In this document: positions 45,759 through 56,182 of the stretch, piece by piece
How the letters are laid out: every line of letters starts with the position of its first letter
Numbering within the stretch: the first letter of the stretch is position 1
Assembly: GCA_947627255.1 (NCBI GenBank)
Contig: CANQVI010000003.1
Span: 1-63,266 of the forward strand
Direction: 5' to 3'
Source: an uncultured Clostridia bacterium
GTDB taxonomy: Bacteria > Bacillota > Clostridia > TANB77 > CAG-465
DNA: 63,266 nt
Made by a program: the position numbers and the translations under genes
Notes under the pieces: model-generated
Databases searched by the model: none
Told to the model about the DNA's origin: nothing
What the model saw: the letters and a program-made list of their open reading frames with translations, nothing else

Positions 45759-46517
45759 TTATTCTCCTCGCTTTGCAAAATTGAATGATAAAGTTCCATC
45801 ATACTTTGGTATACTAATATCACTTTGTCTTGATAATGTAACTTTTAATCCATAACTATTTTTAAGTACATCAACTACACCATTTTTTATTGTTAATGCA
45901 CTTTCTAAATATTGAGCATTACCAATAGCTTTTATTTCAAATGGTGCTGCAACCTTTTGATAATTAATTTGTACTACTGAGCCTACACATCTTACAGCAG
46001 ATGTAGCAATTATTCTTTGTTCATTTACACTTATTGCCTCAGCACCAGCTACTCTTAACTCATTAATTACAGTTAATATATCACTGTCATGTACTAATGA
46101 GTCTGATGTATTTCCATCAAATAATGTTATAATAATTCCTTCACCATTTACATCTGTTGTTCCTGCTAAAAGGTCTAATTTACTTATTTGATCTCTCATA
46201 GAAGCAATTAATGTACTATTTGTCGAAGAATTATTTTGATATTCTTCTACTATTTTTATATTTTGATCATATTTTGCTTTTAATTCATCATAATCTCTTT
46301 GCAAATTTACTAAAGAATCTGCAAGTTCATTTTCTCTTTTACCTTGTAATATAGTTTCAGATTTGCTCATAGTAGTAATTTGTGCTGTTATCATAATTGC
46401 AAGTAAAAATAAAGATATTCCAATAGATATATACGCAGGAATTGAATTTTTTTGCATATATTCAACAATTTTTTTAAATTTACTATTTTCAGGCATATCC
46501 TTTTTCAAATTAATCAC
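45759..46517 (-). CDS. DUF881 domain protein (YlxW-like)
   Basis: TM helix plus coiled coil, then GEGIIITL...HDSDILTVINELRVAGAEAISVNEQRI...IKAIGN. Confidence 0.85.
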   Translation of the reverse strand: MINLKKDMPENSKFKKIVEYMQKNSIPAYISIGISLFLLAIMITAQITTMSKSETILQGKRENELADSLVNLQRDYDELKAKYDQNIKIVEEYQNNSSTNSTLIASMRDQISKLDLLAGTTDVNGEGIIITLFDGNTSDSLVHDSDILTVINELRVAGAEAISVNEQRIIATSAVRCVGSVVQINYQKVAAPFEIKAIGNAQYLESALTIKNGVVDVLKNSYGLKVTLSRQSDISIPKYDGTLSFNFAKRGE

Positions 46518-46520
46518 TCC

Positions 46521-47504
46521 TTAATTATATTTTGAATATACAGGATTATCTACGCTCATATTTATAGTTCCTTCTACTATACCACCATTTTGTTCAATAA
46601 TTCCTTTTAAAAATGAAACTTTATATCCAAAGTTCGAATCGTTTGCAAATACAATATTAAGTTTATCATCTAACTTTATGATTGTCAAGGAATTAGAGAA
46701 ATTGACCTTAGTTATCTCTCCTGCTATTTCATAATTTTCTAGTTGCTTTTTTATTTGATTATAAATATCTAATTTATTAATATATACCTCATTAATAAGG
46801 TTACCAAAATCTGGATTTTCTTCAAATGTAAATCCTTCAACCAAAATTTCATCTTTTTTATCTTCTAAACTACATTCTTCTAGTAAATATCCTTCATTAT
46901 CTATTTTATAGTATTTTTGTGTATTTTTATCCTTAGCTATATATTGAGGATATCTTTCTTCTACTTTTATTACTATTGTATTTGGAAATATATATCTATA
47001 ATGTCTACCAGATATATATGGTAAATCTATATTTTCAGTATTAAATAATTGCCTAAATACATTAGTACCAATATTTAAGTTAACCTTAGATAAAACTTCC
47101 TCATCAGTATATTTTTCATTGCCTTCAATTTTTATTGTTTTTAAATTAAACATTTCTAAAGTAAACATTAAATATACTAACACTACTAAAATAGCAATAA
47201 AGAAAGTAAATTTTAATATTGTTATAGGTTTTATCCTTCTTTTTTTCTCTTCAGATTTTACATTATTTTGTTTTTCTATTTGACTTGGATATAAATTTTC
47301 AAATACATTTGAATATATATCTTCATCTTTTCTATATACATTTATATTTTCAGTGTTTGTTCTATTTATATTTTTAGTATTATGCTGTCGTTTAACATTA
47401 TTTTTCTTAACAACTTTTTTACTAGAAGGACTAGTACTTTTGTTGTTAATAGCTTTTTTAGATTTAACTTTATTTGGCTTTGTACTTGTCCTACTATTTT
47501 TCAC
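46521..47504 (-). CDS. divIB: Cell division protein FtsQ/DivIB
   Basis: Basic N-terminal tail, TM helix, POTRA (FNLKTIKIEGNEKYTDEEVLSKVN), in the dcw position after murG. Confidence 0.8.
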   Translation of the reverse strand: MKNSRTSTKPNKVKSKKAINNKSTSPSSKKVVKKNNVKRQHNTKNINRTNTENINVYRKDEDIYSNVFENLYPSQIEKQNNVKSEEKKRRIKPITILKFTFFIAILVVLVYLMFTLEMFNLKTIKIEGNEKYTDEEVLSKVNLNIGTNVFRQLFNTENIDLPYISGRHYRYIFPNTIVIKVEERYPQYIAKDKNTQKYYKIDNEGYLLEECSLEDKKDEILVEGFTFEENPDFGNLINEVYINKLDIYNQIKKQLENYEIAGEITKVNFSNSLTIIKLDDKLNIVFANDSNFGYKVSFLKGIIEQNGGIVEGTINMSVDNPVYSKYN

Positions 47505-47512
47505 AAAATCAC

Positions 47513-48631
47513 CTACTTTATTTTAATACAATCATATATTTTTTCTTCAACATTTTTAACAATAACTTTTGATGCATTTTTTTCCATTTTTTCTAAATTT
47601 TCATTATTAGATACTATTTCTAACAAAGTATTATTTAATACTTCTTCTGTTAAATCTTTTTGTTCGATTATTTTAGCTGCTCCAACATTTTCCAATACCT
47701 TAGCATTAAAGAATTGATGATTTTCTGCTGCTGTTGGTAACGGAATTAATATTGATGGCTTATGACTTAAAGCAAGTTCACTTATTGTCATAGCACCAGC
47801 TCTAGTAATGCAAACATCTGCTACTTTGTACATCTCATCCATATTAAATATAAATTTTTCAAGTCTTAAGCACTCATCTAAACTATGTCCAATTTCTTTT
47901 TGTGCTTCTTCTTTTATATTTAATACTTCATCGTAATTTTTATCTCCAGTAACTAGAATAAAGAATAAATATTTATTTTGATATTTCTTTATCATTGACA
48001 TTACTACTTCATTTATTCTTTTAGCTCCTTGACTTCCACAGGTAACTAATACAATTTTTCTGTTTATATTACTTAAATTTAGCTTTTCTAAGCATTTTTC
48101 TTTATCCAAATTTAAAATATCTTCTTCATTAAATTTTGCAGGAGTTCCAGTATAAATAGTTTTTGCTTTTTTATTTAATCTTTCTTTTGCATCTTCAAAT
48201 CCTAGCATTACGCATTTTGCATCTTTAGCAAGTAATTTTACTGAAACGCCTGGAAAAGCATTACTCTCATGTAAAATATATGGAATTTTTAATTTTTTTG
48301 CAGCCTTCATTACAGGTCCACATATATATCCACCAGTTCCTATAACTAAATCTGGTTCAAATTCGGCAAGTATTTTTTTAGCATCAAATATTCCTTTATA
48401 TGCATTTATTAATGCAGTTATATTTTTTAATGTAAGTTCTCTTATTATTTTACCCGTTCTAATATGTTTTATACTATATCCAGAATTTACTACCATTTTA
48501 TTTTCAAGGCCTGTTTCTGTTCCTATAAATATAATCTCACTTTCAGGTTCTTTTTTCATTATTAAGTTAGCCATAGCTATTGCTGGATTTATATGTCCAC
48601 CTGTACCAGCACATGCAAAAACTACTCTCAT
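47513..48631 (-). CDS. murG: Undecaprenyldiphospho-muramoylpentapeptide beta-N-acetylglucosaminyltransferase
   Basis: CAGTGGHINPAIA N-terminal motif, GT28 C-terminal domain. Confidence 0.95.
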   Translation of the reverse strand: MRVVFACAGTGGHINPAIAMANLIMKKEPESEIIFIGTETGLENKMVVNSGYSIKHIRTGKIIRELTLKNITALINAYKGIFDAKKILAEFEPDLVIGTGGYICGPVMKAAKKLKIPYILHESNAFPGVSVKLLAKDAKCVMLGFEDAKERLNKKAKTIYTGTPAKFNEEDILNLDKEKCLEKLNLSNINRKIVLVTCGSQGAKRINEVVMSMIKKYQNKYLFFILVTGDKNYDEVLNIKEEAQKEIGHSLDECLRLEKFIFNMDEMYKVADVCITRAGAMTISELALSHKPSILIPLPTAAENHQFFNAKVLENVGAAKIIEQKDLTEEVLNNTLLEIVSNNENLEKMEKNASKVIVKNVEEKIYDCIKIK

Positions 48632-48645
48632 TAAAATTCCTCCTT

Positions 48646-49779
48646 TTACTCTTTTACTTTATTACAGTTTTTAGAAATATTTAGCATTACACCCATTGAG
48701 CAAAGGTTAATAAATAAAGATGTACCACCATAGCTAAAGAATGGTAATGGCATACCAGTTACCGGCATACTACATGTAACAACAGCTATATTAATTATAA
48801 TTTGTACAGCAAATACACTTGTTATGCCAGATGCTATAAGTGAACCATAAAAATCTTTACAAGTTAATGCAATTTTATATCCTTTATATATGAAAAATGC
48901 AAAAAGACCTAATACAACTGATGTACCAACAAATCCTAATTCTTCGCCAAGTATTGAAAATATAAAGTCATTTTGTGCTTCAGGAAGCCATAAATACTTT
49001 TGTCTACTCTGACCTAGTCCTCTTCCAAAAAGCCCACCAGAACCAATAGCATACAGACTTTGTGCTGCTTGCCAGTTTCCATCTTTTATATCTTGTTCTG
49101 GATTCCAAAACGAGAATAATCTTTGACGTCTAAAATCTTCTGCCATTATAAAAGCAGCACCAACTAAGACAACTACTAATACAACAGCCATTACTGTTCT
49201 TAGTTTTAATTTTATTCCACTAGTAAAAATTACTGATGCTCCTGCCACAATTAAAACTAACATACCACTCATGTGCTTTTGCATGTACATAAGCAAAATT
49301 ACAATAAGAAGGAAAATAATTGGAACAATATATCCTTTTATATTTCCTAATTTTTTTATATTTCTAGATAAATACGTAGCTATGGCAATAGAAAGCACAG
49401 GCTTCATTATCTCCGATGGCTGAAATCTAAAAGTAGTTCCAAAGCCTAACCATCTTTTTGCGCCATTTACTGTTACACCAAGTGGAGTCATAACGAGTAG
49501 TAAAAGTATAGCAGCTAGTATAAAAGCTAAATAGCTCCATTTCTTATATTTTTTATAATCAATTTTAGAAATGGCTATCATAGCAATTACTCCAACAATA
49601 GCAAACAGTAATTGTCTTTTAAATAAATAATTACTATCACCATAATAATATAGTGCATGATATGAACTTGCAGAAGCAACCATAACTAATCCAATACAGA
49701 GTAAAATTATTGTTATGACAAACATTCCAAAATCCATACCACCACTTAGATTTTTCACATTATCAACTTCTTTTTTCAT
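48646..49779 (-). CDS. ftsW: SEDS family peptidoglycan polymerase FtsW/SpoVE
   Basis: Ten TM helices, PSEIMKP, PEAQNDFIFSILGEELGF, PFFSYGGTS. Confidence 0.92.
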   Translation of the reverse strand: MKKEVDNVKNLSGGMDFGMFVITIILLCIGLVMVASASSYHALYYYGDSNYLFKRQLLFAIVGVIAMIAISKIDYKKYKKWSYLAFILAAILLLLVMTPLGVTVNGAKRWLGFGTTFRFQPSEIMKPVLSIAIATYLSRNIKKLGNIKGYIVPIIFLLIVILLMYMQKHMSGMLVLIVAGASVIFTSGIKLKLRTVMAVVLVVVLVGAAFIMAEDFRRQRLFSFWNPEQDIKDGNWQAAQSLYAIGSGGLFGRGLGQSRQKYLWLPEAQNDFIFSILGEELGFVGTSVVLGLFAFFIYKGYKIALTCKDFYGSLIASGITSVFAVQIIINIAVVTCSMPVTGMPLPFFSYGGTSLFINLCSMGVMLNISKNCNKVKE

Positions 49780-49797
49780 CAGAACCCCTTATATATT

Positions 49798-50751
49798 TTA
49801 AATAAAATATGCTATAGTACAACATATTATTGTTATTATCCAAAATATTACTACAACTGTTGTTTCTTTATATCCGCTTAATTCTAAATGATGATGAAAA
49901 GGTGCCATTTTAAAAAGTCTTTTTCCTTTTGTCATTTTAAAATATACAACTTGTAATATAACAGATATTGTGTCTACTATACATACAAATGCAACAATAG
50001 CAAGATATAAAGGCATTTTTAAAATTATAGCAGCAATAGCTACTGCTCCCCCTAATGCTAAAGATCCAGTATCACCCAAAAATACTTTAGCAGGATGCAT
50101 ATTAAATAATAAAAATCCTATACAACTTCCAACTGTACTAGCACAAAATATTACCATTGGCATATTTTGTTGTTTTAATGCAATTAAAGTAAAAAATGTC
50201 ATTATTATTGCTACAACTCCTGTAGCTAATCCATCTAATCCGTCAGTTAAATTTACAGCATTTGTTGTTCCTAGTAATATAAATGCTATAAAGATAATAA
50301 ATATTGGTAAGCCTAATGCTAATGGTTGATTAAATACTGGTATAATTGTAGTTGTACCTAAATTATATACAAATAAATACAACGCTATTATTATAGCAGT
50401 TACTAAAAATAAGCCTATCATTTTTTTCTTTGGTGATAATCCTTCTGGATCTTGTAAAATAAGTTTTTTGAAGTCATCAAAAAATCCAATTAAACCAAAT
50501 CCAACTATTGAAATAATTGGTAAAACTAATACTGGATTATCTTTTACAAAAAAGGCTAAAATAGCTGTTAAAACTAAAATAATTATAATGCCACCCATTA
50601 TTGGTGTTCCATTTTTTTGAAGATGAGATTGTGGCCCATCTTCTCTAACTACTTGCCCTATTTTCTTTTTCTTTAATATTGGTACAACTATTAAACCTAA
50701 AATAATAGTTGCAAAAAAAGATACAAATAATAACGTTGTTTGTATATTCAT
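49798..50751 (-). CDS. mraY: Phospho-N-acetylmuramoyl-pentapeptide transferase
   Basis: GTPIMGG, NAVNLTDGLDGLA, APFHHHLE. Confidence 0.97.
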   Translation of the reverse strand: MNIQTTLLFVSFFATIILGLIVVPILKKKKIGQVVREDGPQSHLQKNGTPIMGGIIIILVLTAILAFFVKDNPVLVLPIISIVGFGLIGFFDDFKKLILQDPEGLSPKKKMIGLFLVTAIIIALYLFVYNLGTTTIIPVFNQPLALGLPIFIIFIAFILLGTTNAVNLTDGLDGLATGVVAIIMTFFTLIALKQQNMPMVIFCASTVGSCIGFLLFNMHPAKVFLGDTGSLALGGAVAIAAIILKMPLYLAIVAFVCIVDTISVILQVVYFKMTKGKRLFKMAPFHHHLELSGYKETTVVVIFWIITIICCTIAYFI

Positions 50752-50765
50752 TTTTTTCTCCTTGT

Positions 50766-52229
50766 TTATTGAATGTTCTTGTCTGGCATTTCTTCTGCTA
50801 ATTTTTTAACTATTTCTCTGTCATCAAAATATATTTTTTTGTTATTTTCAAATTCTTGGTAAGTCTCATGACCTTTACCTGCAATTATAATAACATCACT
50901 TTTCCACGCAATACGCATAGCAAATTTTATAGCTTGACGTCTGTTTTCTATAGCTTTATATAATCCTCTTGTCTGTTTCATACCAGTTTCTATATCTTTT
51001 ATTATTTCATTTGGATTTTCATTTCGTGGATTATCTGAAGTAATTACTGTAAAGTCTGCAAGTCTTCCAGCAATTTCACCCATCATAGCCCTTTTTTCTT
51101 TATCTCTATTGCCACCACAACCAAATACACAAATAATTCTTCCTTTTGTATATTTTTTTGCAGATGATAATATAGCTTCTAAACTAGCAGGTGTATGTGC
51201 ATAATCTATAATAACTGTAAATGTTTTATTTATATCCACAACTTCATTTCTACCAGGAACTCTTAATGCTGCTAATGCTGCAAGAATAGAATCCATCTGT
51301 GAGCCAAATAAACTACAAACTCCTATCGCTGCCAAAGCATTATATACTGTAAATCTTCCTGGTATATTTATTTTTATTGTTTCTAACATTTTATTTACAT
51401 ACATTTTAAATTCTACATATGATGGATTTACTCTAACATCTGTAGCAGTTAAGTCTACTGCATTATCTAATCCATATGTAGCAATTTTTGTCTTTATCAT
51501 TTTTATTAATCTTGGTGCATAAATATCATCACCATTAACAATAGCAAAATCTGACATTTCAAATAACTTAGCTTTAGCATTTAAATAATTTTCCATAGTC
51601 TCATGAAAATCTAAATGGTCTTCTGATAAATTAGTAAATACACCTACAATAAATTTTAATCCATATACTCTATTTAATTCTAATGCATGAGATGAAACTT
51701 CCATAACAACATATTCCATACCTGCCTCTACCATTCTTGCCAGTAAAGCCTGTAAATCTAAAGATTCAGGTGAAGTTCTAATAGCTTCTTCTTTTACATC
51801 AGCATATGTATTACAAATAGTACCAATCATACCTATTTTTTTACCAGAAGCAAGCATTATATCTCTAATCATATATGCAGTTGTTGTCTTTCCTTTTGTT
51901 CCTGTTATTCCAATTATTTTTAATTTTCTTGCAGGATTTCCATAATATGTTGAAGCCATAATAGCAAGTGCTATTCTTGCATCTTCAACTTTTATATATG
52001 TTACATTTTTTTCTTCTTCAACTTCATCTTGAGTAACAATGGCAACTGCACCTTTTTCTATTGCTTCTTTTATATATTTTTTTCCATCATCATTGTATCC
52101 ATTTATTGCAACGAATACATCACCTTCAGTTATTTTTTTAGAATCATATTCTATTTTATTAATTTCTTTGTTAGTTTCTCCATTAACTTTAACATTAGTT
52201 AAATTTTCTAATAAATATTGTAAAAGCAT
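50766..52229 (-). CDS. murE: UDP-N-acetylmuramoyl-L-alanyl-D-glutamate--2,6-diaminopimelate ligase
   Basis: GITGTKGKTTT P-loop. The DNPR motif (TSDNPRNE) indicates meso-DAP specificity. The ATG at 52229 (MLLQYL) follows GGAGG. The ORF track starts at GTG 52247. Confidence 0.95.
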   Translation of the reverse strand: MLLQYLLENLTNVKVNGETNKEINKIEYDSKKITEGDVFVAINGYNDDGKKYIKEAIEKGAVAIVTQDEVEEEKNVTYIKVEDARIALAIMASTYYGNPARKLKIIGITGTKGKTTTAYMIRDIMLASGKKIGMIGTICNTYADVKEEAIRTSPESLDLQALLARMVEAGMEYVVMEVSSHALELNRVYGLKFIVGVFTNLSEDHLDFHETMENYLNAKAKLFEMSDFAIVNGDDIYAPRLIKMIKTKIATYGLDNAVDLTATDVRVNPSYVEFKMYVNKMLETIKINIPGRFTVYNALAAIGVCSLFGSQMDSILAALAALRVPGRNEVVDINKTFTVIIDYAHTPASLEAILSSAKKYTKGRIICVFGCGGNRDKEKRAMMGEIAGRLADFTVITSDNPRNENPNEIIKDIETGMKQTRGLYKAIENRRQAIKFAMRIAWKSDVIIIAGKGHETYQEFENNKKIYFDDREIVKKLAEEMPDKNIQ

Positions 52230-52270
52230 ATTAAGCCTCCATTCCACTTTATTATATCACATTGCAAGCA

Positions 52271-54451
52271 CTATGGCAACTCACTTAAATCGTCAACACA
52301 TTTAATAGTAACAATAGAACCTTTTTCAATTTCTTCATATGGAGTTACGTCCTGAGTAAGTACAAATCCCGTACCTTCAATTCTTACATTTAATCCAGCA
52401 ACTCTAAATGCATAAGTTGCCTGTTCGGTATTCATATTTCTAACATCAGGTACTTGAACTTTTTGTACTTGGTCTTCTGCTTTATATACCATTATACTTG
52501 AACCACTTACTAATGATGCTCCATTTTTTGGAACTTGATTTGTTATTATTGTATCATTTCCAAATTCAGAAGATGTAATTAAATTAAATCCACTTTCAGA
52601 GGCAATTTGTTGAGCTTCTTGGAATGTTTTTCCTACTATATTAGGTATAACAATTTCATTACTTTCAGACTCTTTAATAGTATAGTCTGTTTGTACATCC
52701 ATATATTTTAATACTTCATCTATTATTGAGCCCACAACTGGTCCACAAATAGTTGCACCACCATGTCCTGATGGACCAACAGGATTATACAAATTCATTA
52801 CAACAACTACTTCAGGATTATTTGCTGGAGCTATGCCAACAAATCCAGCCAAATATTTTGTATTATCTCCTCTACCATTTTCACCTGTAGCTGTTTTTCC
52901 AGCTATTTGATAATCTGATATTTTAGCAGACTTACCTGTTCCTATATTTACAGTATCAACAAGTGCATTCATAATATCTGATGCTGTTTGCTCAGACATA
53001 ATTTGTTTTAATACTTTTGATTCTATTTGTTCATCATAGTTTCCTGCACCACTTTTGATTTCTCTTACTATATATGGCTCTACTAAGTATCCGCCATTAG
53101 CAACAGCACAATAATTTACAGCAGTTTGTAATGATGTTATTTGTATAGTTTGACCAAAAGAAGATGTTGCAAGGTCTACATCAGTCATAGTACTTTCATC
53201 ATGCATAATACCACCAGTTTCACCTGGTAAATCTATTCCTGTTTTTGAATCTAAATTAAATGCTCTTATATATTTCATGAAAGTTGATATTCCCATTCTT
53301 TGTGAAACTTGCATAAATACTGGGTTACAAGAATTCATAATTCCTTCTCTTAGTGACTCACTTCCATGTGGATTATAATATCTCCAACATTTTATGTTCC
53401 ATTTTCCTATATCCATTGATCCAGAACAATAAAAAGTTTTATCATCAATATTTACTATATTTTCTTCTAATGCAGCAGTAGCAGTAATTAATTTAAAAGT
53501 AGAACCTGGCTCTTGAGTATCAGAAATAGCTTTATTTCTCCACATCATATTTAAAGCATCGCTTTTAGCAGCCGAATCCATAGAATCCCAATTAGCTTTT
53601 AACTCCTCAGTATTTGGAGTAAATGGGTCGTTAGGATCAAAAGTAGGGTAATTTGCCATAGCCAAAACCTCACCTGTAGAAGGTCGCATAATTACTATAC
53701 TTCCATATTCTGCTATATTTTCTTCTACTGCTTTACTTAAATATTTTTCAATTATTGATTGAATTGTTGCATCAACTGTAAGGACAATATCTTTACCATT
53801 TTCAGCAGCTATGTATTGCTCTTGTGTAAAAGGAGTTTCTCTACCACTTCCATCAAAACTTGCAACAATTTTTCCAGGAGTACCAGAAAGATCTTTATCA
53901 TAATATGCTTCAATTCCATTAAGTCCTTGATTATCTGTTCCTACAAACCCTAAAACATGAGCTAAAAGTGTTCCATATGGATATATTCTTAGCATATCCT
54001 CATCAACACTTATTCCTGTAATTTCATTTTCATTTATATATTTAAGCAATTCTTTTGCTTTTTCTTCATCAACTTTAGTTGCAATAGTTACACTAGATAC
54101 ATTTTTTTGTAAATTTTGTAATATTGTATCTTTATCCTTTCCTAATATCTGTGAAAAAGTATTAGCAATTTCCTCCTTTTTCTCTTTTGGTACACTATTA
54201 GGTACAGCTGTTACAATATTAGTAGATATACTTTGGGCAAGTATTCTTTCGCCTGTTGTGTCATATATAGTTCCTCGTTTTGATTCTACACTTTTGCTTC
54301 GTGTTTGCTGATTATATGCACGTTGAGAATAATATTCTGCTTTTACTACCTGTATATATCCAAGTCTTAATAATAATAGGCATAATACTACAATGCATGA
54401 TATCATTATTATTAATGCTCTTTTTTTGGTATTAATACTAACATATGACAC
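52271..54451 (-). CDS. Class B penicillin-binding protein (PBP2B/SpoVD type) with two PASTA domains
   Basis: TM anchor, dimerisation domain, STFK and SCN motifs, and two C-terminal PASTA repeats. The GTG at 54451 (MSYVSI) follows GGGGTGAG. The ORF track TTG start at 54487 lies inside an intergenic hairpin. Confidence 0.92.
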   Translation of the reverse strand: MSYVSINTKKRALIIMISCIVVLCLLLLRLGYIQVVKAEYYSQRAYNQQTRSKSVESKRGTIYDTTGERILAQSISTNIVTAVPNSVPKEKKEEIANTFSQILGKDKDTILQNLQKNVSSVTIATKVDEEKAKELLKYINENEITGISVDEDMLRIYPYGTLLAHVLGFVGTDNQGLNGIEAYYDKDLSGTPGKIVASFDGSGRETPFTQEQYIAAENGKDIVLTVDATIQSIIEKYLSKAVEENIAEYGSIVIMRPSTGEVLAMANYPTFDPNDPFTPNTEELKANWDSMDSAAKSDALNMMWRNKAISDTQEPGSTFKLITATAALEENIVNIDDKTFYCSGSMDIGKWNIKCWRYYNPHGSESLREGIMNSCNPVFMQVSQRMGISTFMKYIRAFNLDSKTGIDLPGETGGIMHDESTMTDVDLATSSFGQTIQITSLQTAVNYCAVANGGYLVEPYIVREIKSGAGNYDEQIESKVLKQIMSEQTASDIMNALVDTVNIGTGKSAKISDYQIAGKTATGENGRGDNTKYLAGFVGIAPANNPEVVVVMNLYNPVGPSGHGGATICGPVVGSIIDEVLKYMDVQTDYTIKESESNEIVIPNIVGKTFQEAQQIASESGFNLITSSEFGNDTIITNQVPKNGASLVSGSSIMVYKAEDQVQKVQVPDVRNMNTEQATYAFRVAGLNVRIEGTGFVLTQDVTPYEEIEKGSIVTIKCVDDLSELP

Positions 54452-54543
54452 TACTCTCACCCCTTTTTTTATAATATAATAAACCAAGACAAATCAAAAG
54501 TCCTACTACATAATACTTAAAATTTGTCTTGGTTATTCATAAT

Positions 54544-55047
54544 TTACCAAAATATTCCTTTTATATAATTAATTATTTTATCTATAATAGTAGTTTCTTG
54601 ATTAACTTGAATTGGATTTGTTGTTTTTGAAGTATCTATATATACTGTCTGACTACTATCTGCTTTCTTCATTCCAAGTTGTTGCTTGGCATATGCTTCT
54701 ATTGCATTTAAATCCGTATTTTGGTCAACTTCAATTTGTGAAGTTGCCACTTGAGAAGAAACAATTTCAAGTTCATTTATTAAATTTTGAACTTTTAAAT
54801 TTTTTTCATTTATTAAACTAAACCTATAAGTAATAATCATAGACATAGTAAATCCACAAAGTATAAATGCTACCATTGAAACATTTTTTCGTCTTTGTAC
54901 TTGTTGACGTCTTACACTATTATTTTTTGATATATTCTTTTTTACAGTAGTATTGTTTTTTCTTCTAGGCATTCTTTCATCAGGTAATATTTTTCTTGCT
55001 GCAGAACCATCTTGATAATACTGACTATTAATTCTTCTGGCTGGCAT
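54544..55047 (-). CDS. ftsL: Cell division protein FtsL-like
   Basis: Basic N-terminus, single TM helix, coiled coil (NLKVQNLINELEIVSSQV), in the position between rsmH and the PBP gene. Confidence 0.65.
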   Translation of the reverse strand: MPARRINSQYYQDGSAARKILPDERMPRRKNNTTVKKNISKNNSVRRQQVQRRKNVSMVAFILCGFTMSMIITYRFSLINEKNLKVQNLINELEIVSSQVATSQIEVDQNTDLNAIEAYAKQQLGMKKADSSQTVYIDTSKTTNPIQVNQETTIIDKIINYIKGIFW

Positions 55048-55116
55048 CTATACTTTTCACCTCTTTTCTTTATACCATCTACTACCTTTTATACTACGTT
55101 ATAACTACATCTAATT

Positions 55117-56055
55117 TTACTTTATTACTCTTTCAAAAACTCTAAGTTTAGCACTTCTAGCTCTTGGATTTTCTGCTAATTCCTCCTCTGTTGAAACTAT
55201 TGGTTTTTTATTTAAAATTTTTCCATATGATTTATAATTGCACACGCAAACAGGAAAATCTTTTGGGCACGTACATCTACCTTCCATTTCCTCATATGCA
55301 TGTTTTACAATTTTATCTTCAAGTGAATGGAATGTTATAACTGCAAGTCTTCCTCCATTATTTAAAGATAATATGCTATCTATTATTGATTGCTTTAATT
55401 TTTCTAATTCTTGATTTACTTCAATTCTTATAGCTTGAAAAACTCTTTTTGCAGGATGTTGCTTTTCATTTAATGCTTTGCCTGGCATAGCACTTTTAAT
55501 TACATCAACTAATTCAAAAGTTGTTTCTATAGGCTTTTCTTCTCTGCTTTTACATATTTTTCTAGCAATAGATTTTGAAAATTTTTCTTCGCCATAATCT
55601 AAAAATATTCTATACAAATCGTCTTCTGAATAATTATTTACTACTTCGTATGCAGAGATTTTATCTTCTCTATTCATTCTCATATCTAGCTTTGCATCAT
55701 GCATATAACTAAATCCTCTATCAGCTTCATCAAGCTGATAAGATGATACTCCTAAATCTAGCAATATTCCATCGACATACTCTATATTTAATTCTTTTAA
55801 AATACTTAAAATATTAGCGTTGTTATTATGTACTGGCTTAAAATTATTAAATTCCTTTAGTTTTTGACTTGCAGCATTTATTGCATCCATATCTCTATCT
55901 ATTCCAATTAGTAATCCCGTACCTTCTAATTTTTTTAATATATGATATGAATGACCGCCACCACCTAAAGTTCCATCTACATAAATTCCATCTTTTTTGA
56001 TGTTTAAATTTTCTATACACTCTTCTAATAATACTGATTTATGCTTAAATTCCAT
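55117..56055 (-). CDS. rsmH: 16S rRNA (cytosine1402-N4)-methyltransferase
   Basis: [37 protein letters not shown]. Confidence 0.97.
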   Translation of the reverse strand: MEFKHKSVLLEECIENLNIKKDGIYVDGTLGGGGHSYHILKKLEGTGLLIGIDRDMDAINAASQKLKEFNNFKPVHNNNANILSILKELNIEYVDGILLDLGVSSYQLDEADRGFSYMHDAKLDMRMNREDKISAYEVVNNYSEDDLYRIFLDYGEEKFSKSIARKICKSREEKPIETTFELVDVIKSAMPGKALNEKQHPAKRVFQAIRIEVNQELEKLKQSIIDSILSLNNGGRLAVITFHSLEDKIVKHAYEEMEGRCTCPKDFPVCVCNYKSYGKILNKKPIVSTEEELAENPRARSAKLRVFERVIK

Positions 56056-56094
56056 TTTTACCTCGTCTAATTAATACATCTATTTATTTAAGTT

Positions 56095-56175
56095 TTTATC
56101 TTTTGTTTATTAAAAATTTTTATCTTTTGTTCATTTAATATTTATCTTTCGTTTATTTTTAATTTATCTTTTGTT
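56095..56175. repeat. Four phased direct repeats TTTATCTTT(T/C)GTT in the mraZ-rsmH spacer
   Basis: Copies at 56095-56107, 56119-56131, 56141-53 and 56163-75, with periods of 24, 22 and 22 nt. Three are identical and one has a single T-to-C change. On the mRNA strand the unit reads AAC(A/G)AAAGATAAA. Confidence 0.85.
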
Positions 56176-56182
56176 ATATATC

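Noticed and set aside
56095-56175. Considered whether the four repeats are a mini CRISPR array, DnaA boxes or MraZ boxes.
   Set aside because: The 13-nt units separated by gaps of only 9-11 nt are far too short for CRISPR, and there are no cas genes. TTATC matches only the first five bases of the DnaA box TTATCCACA. There is no GTGG core. The repeats are therefore reported as unexplained.
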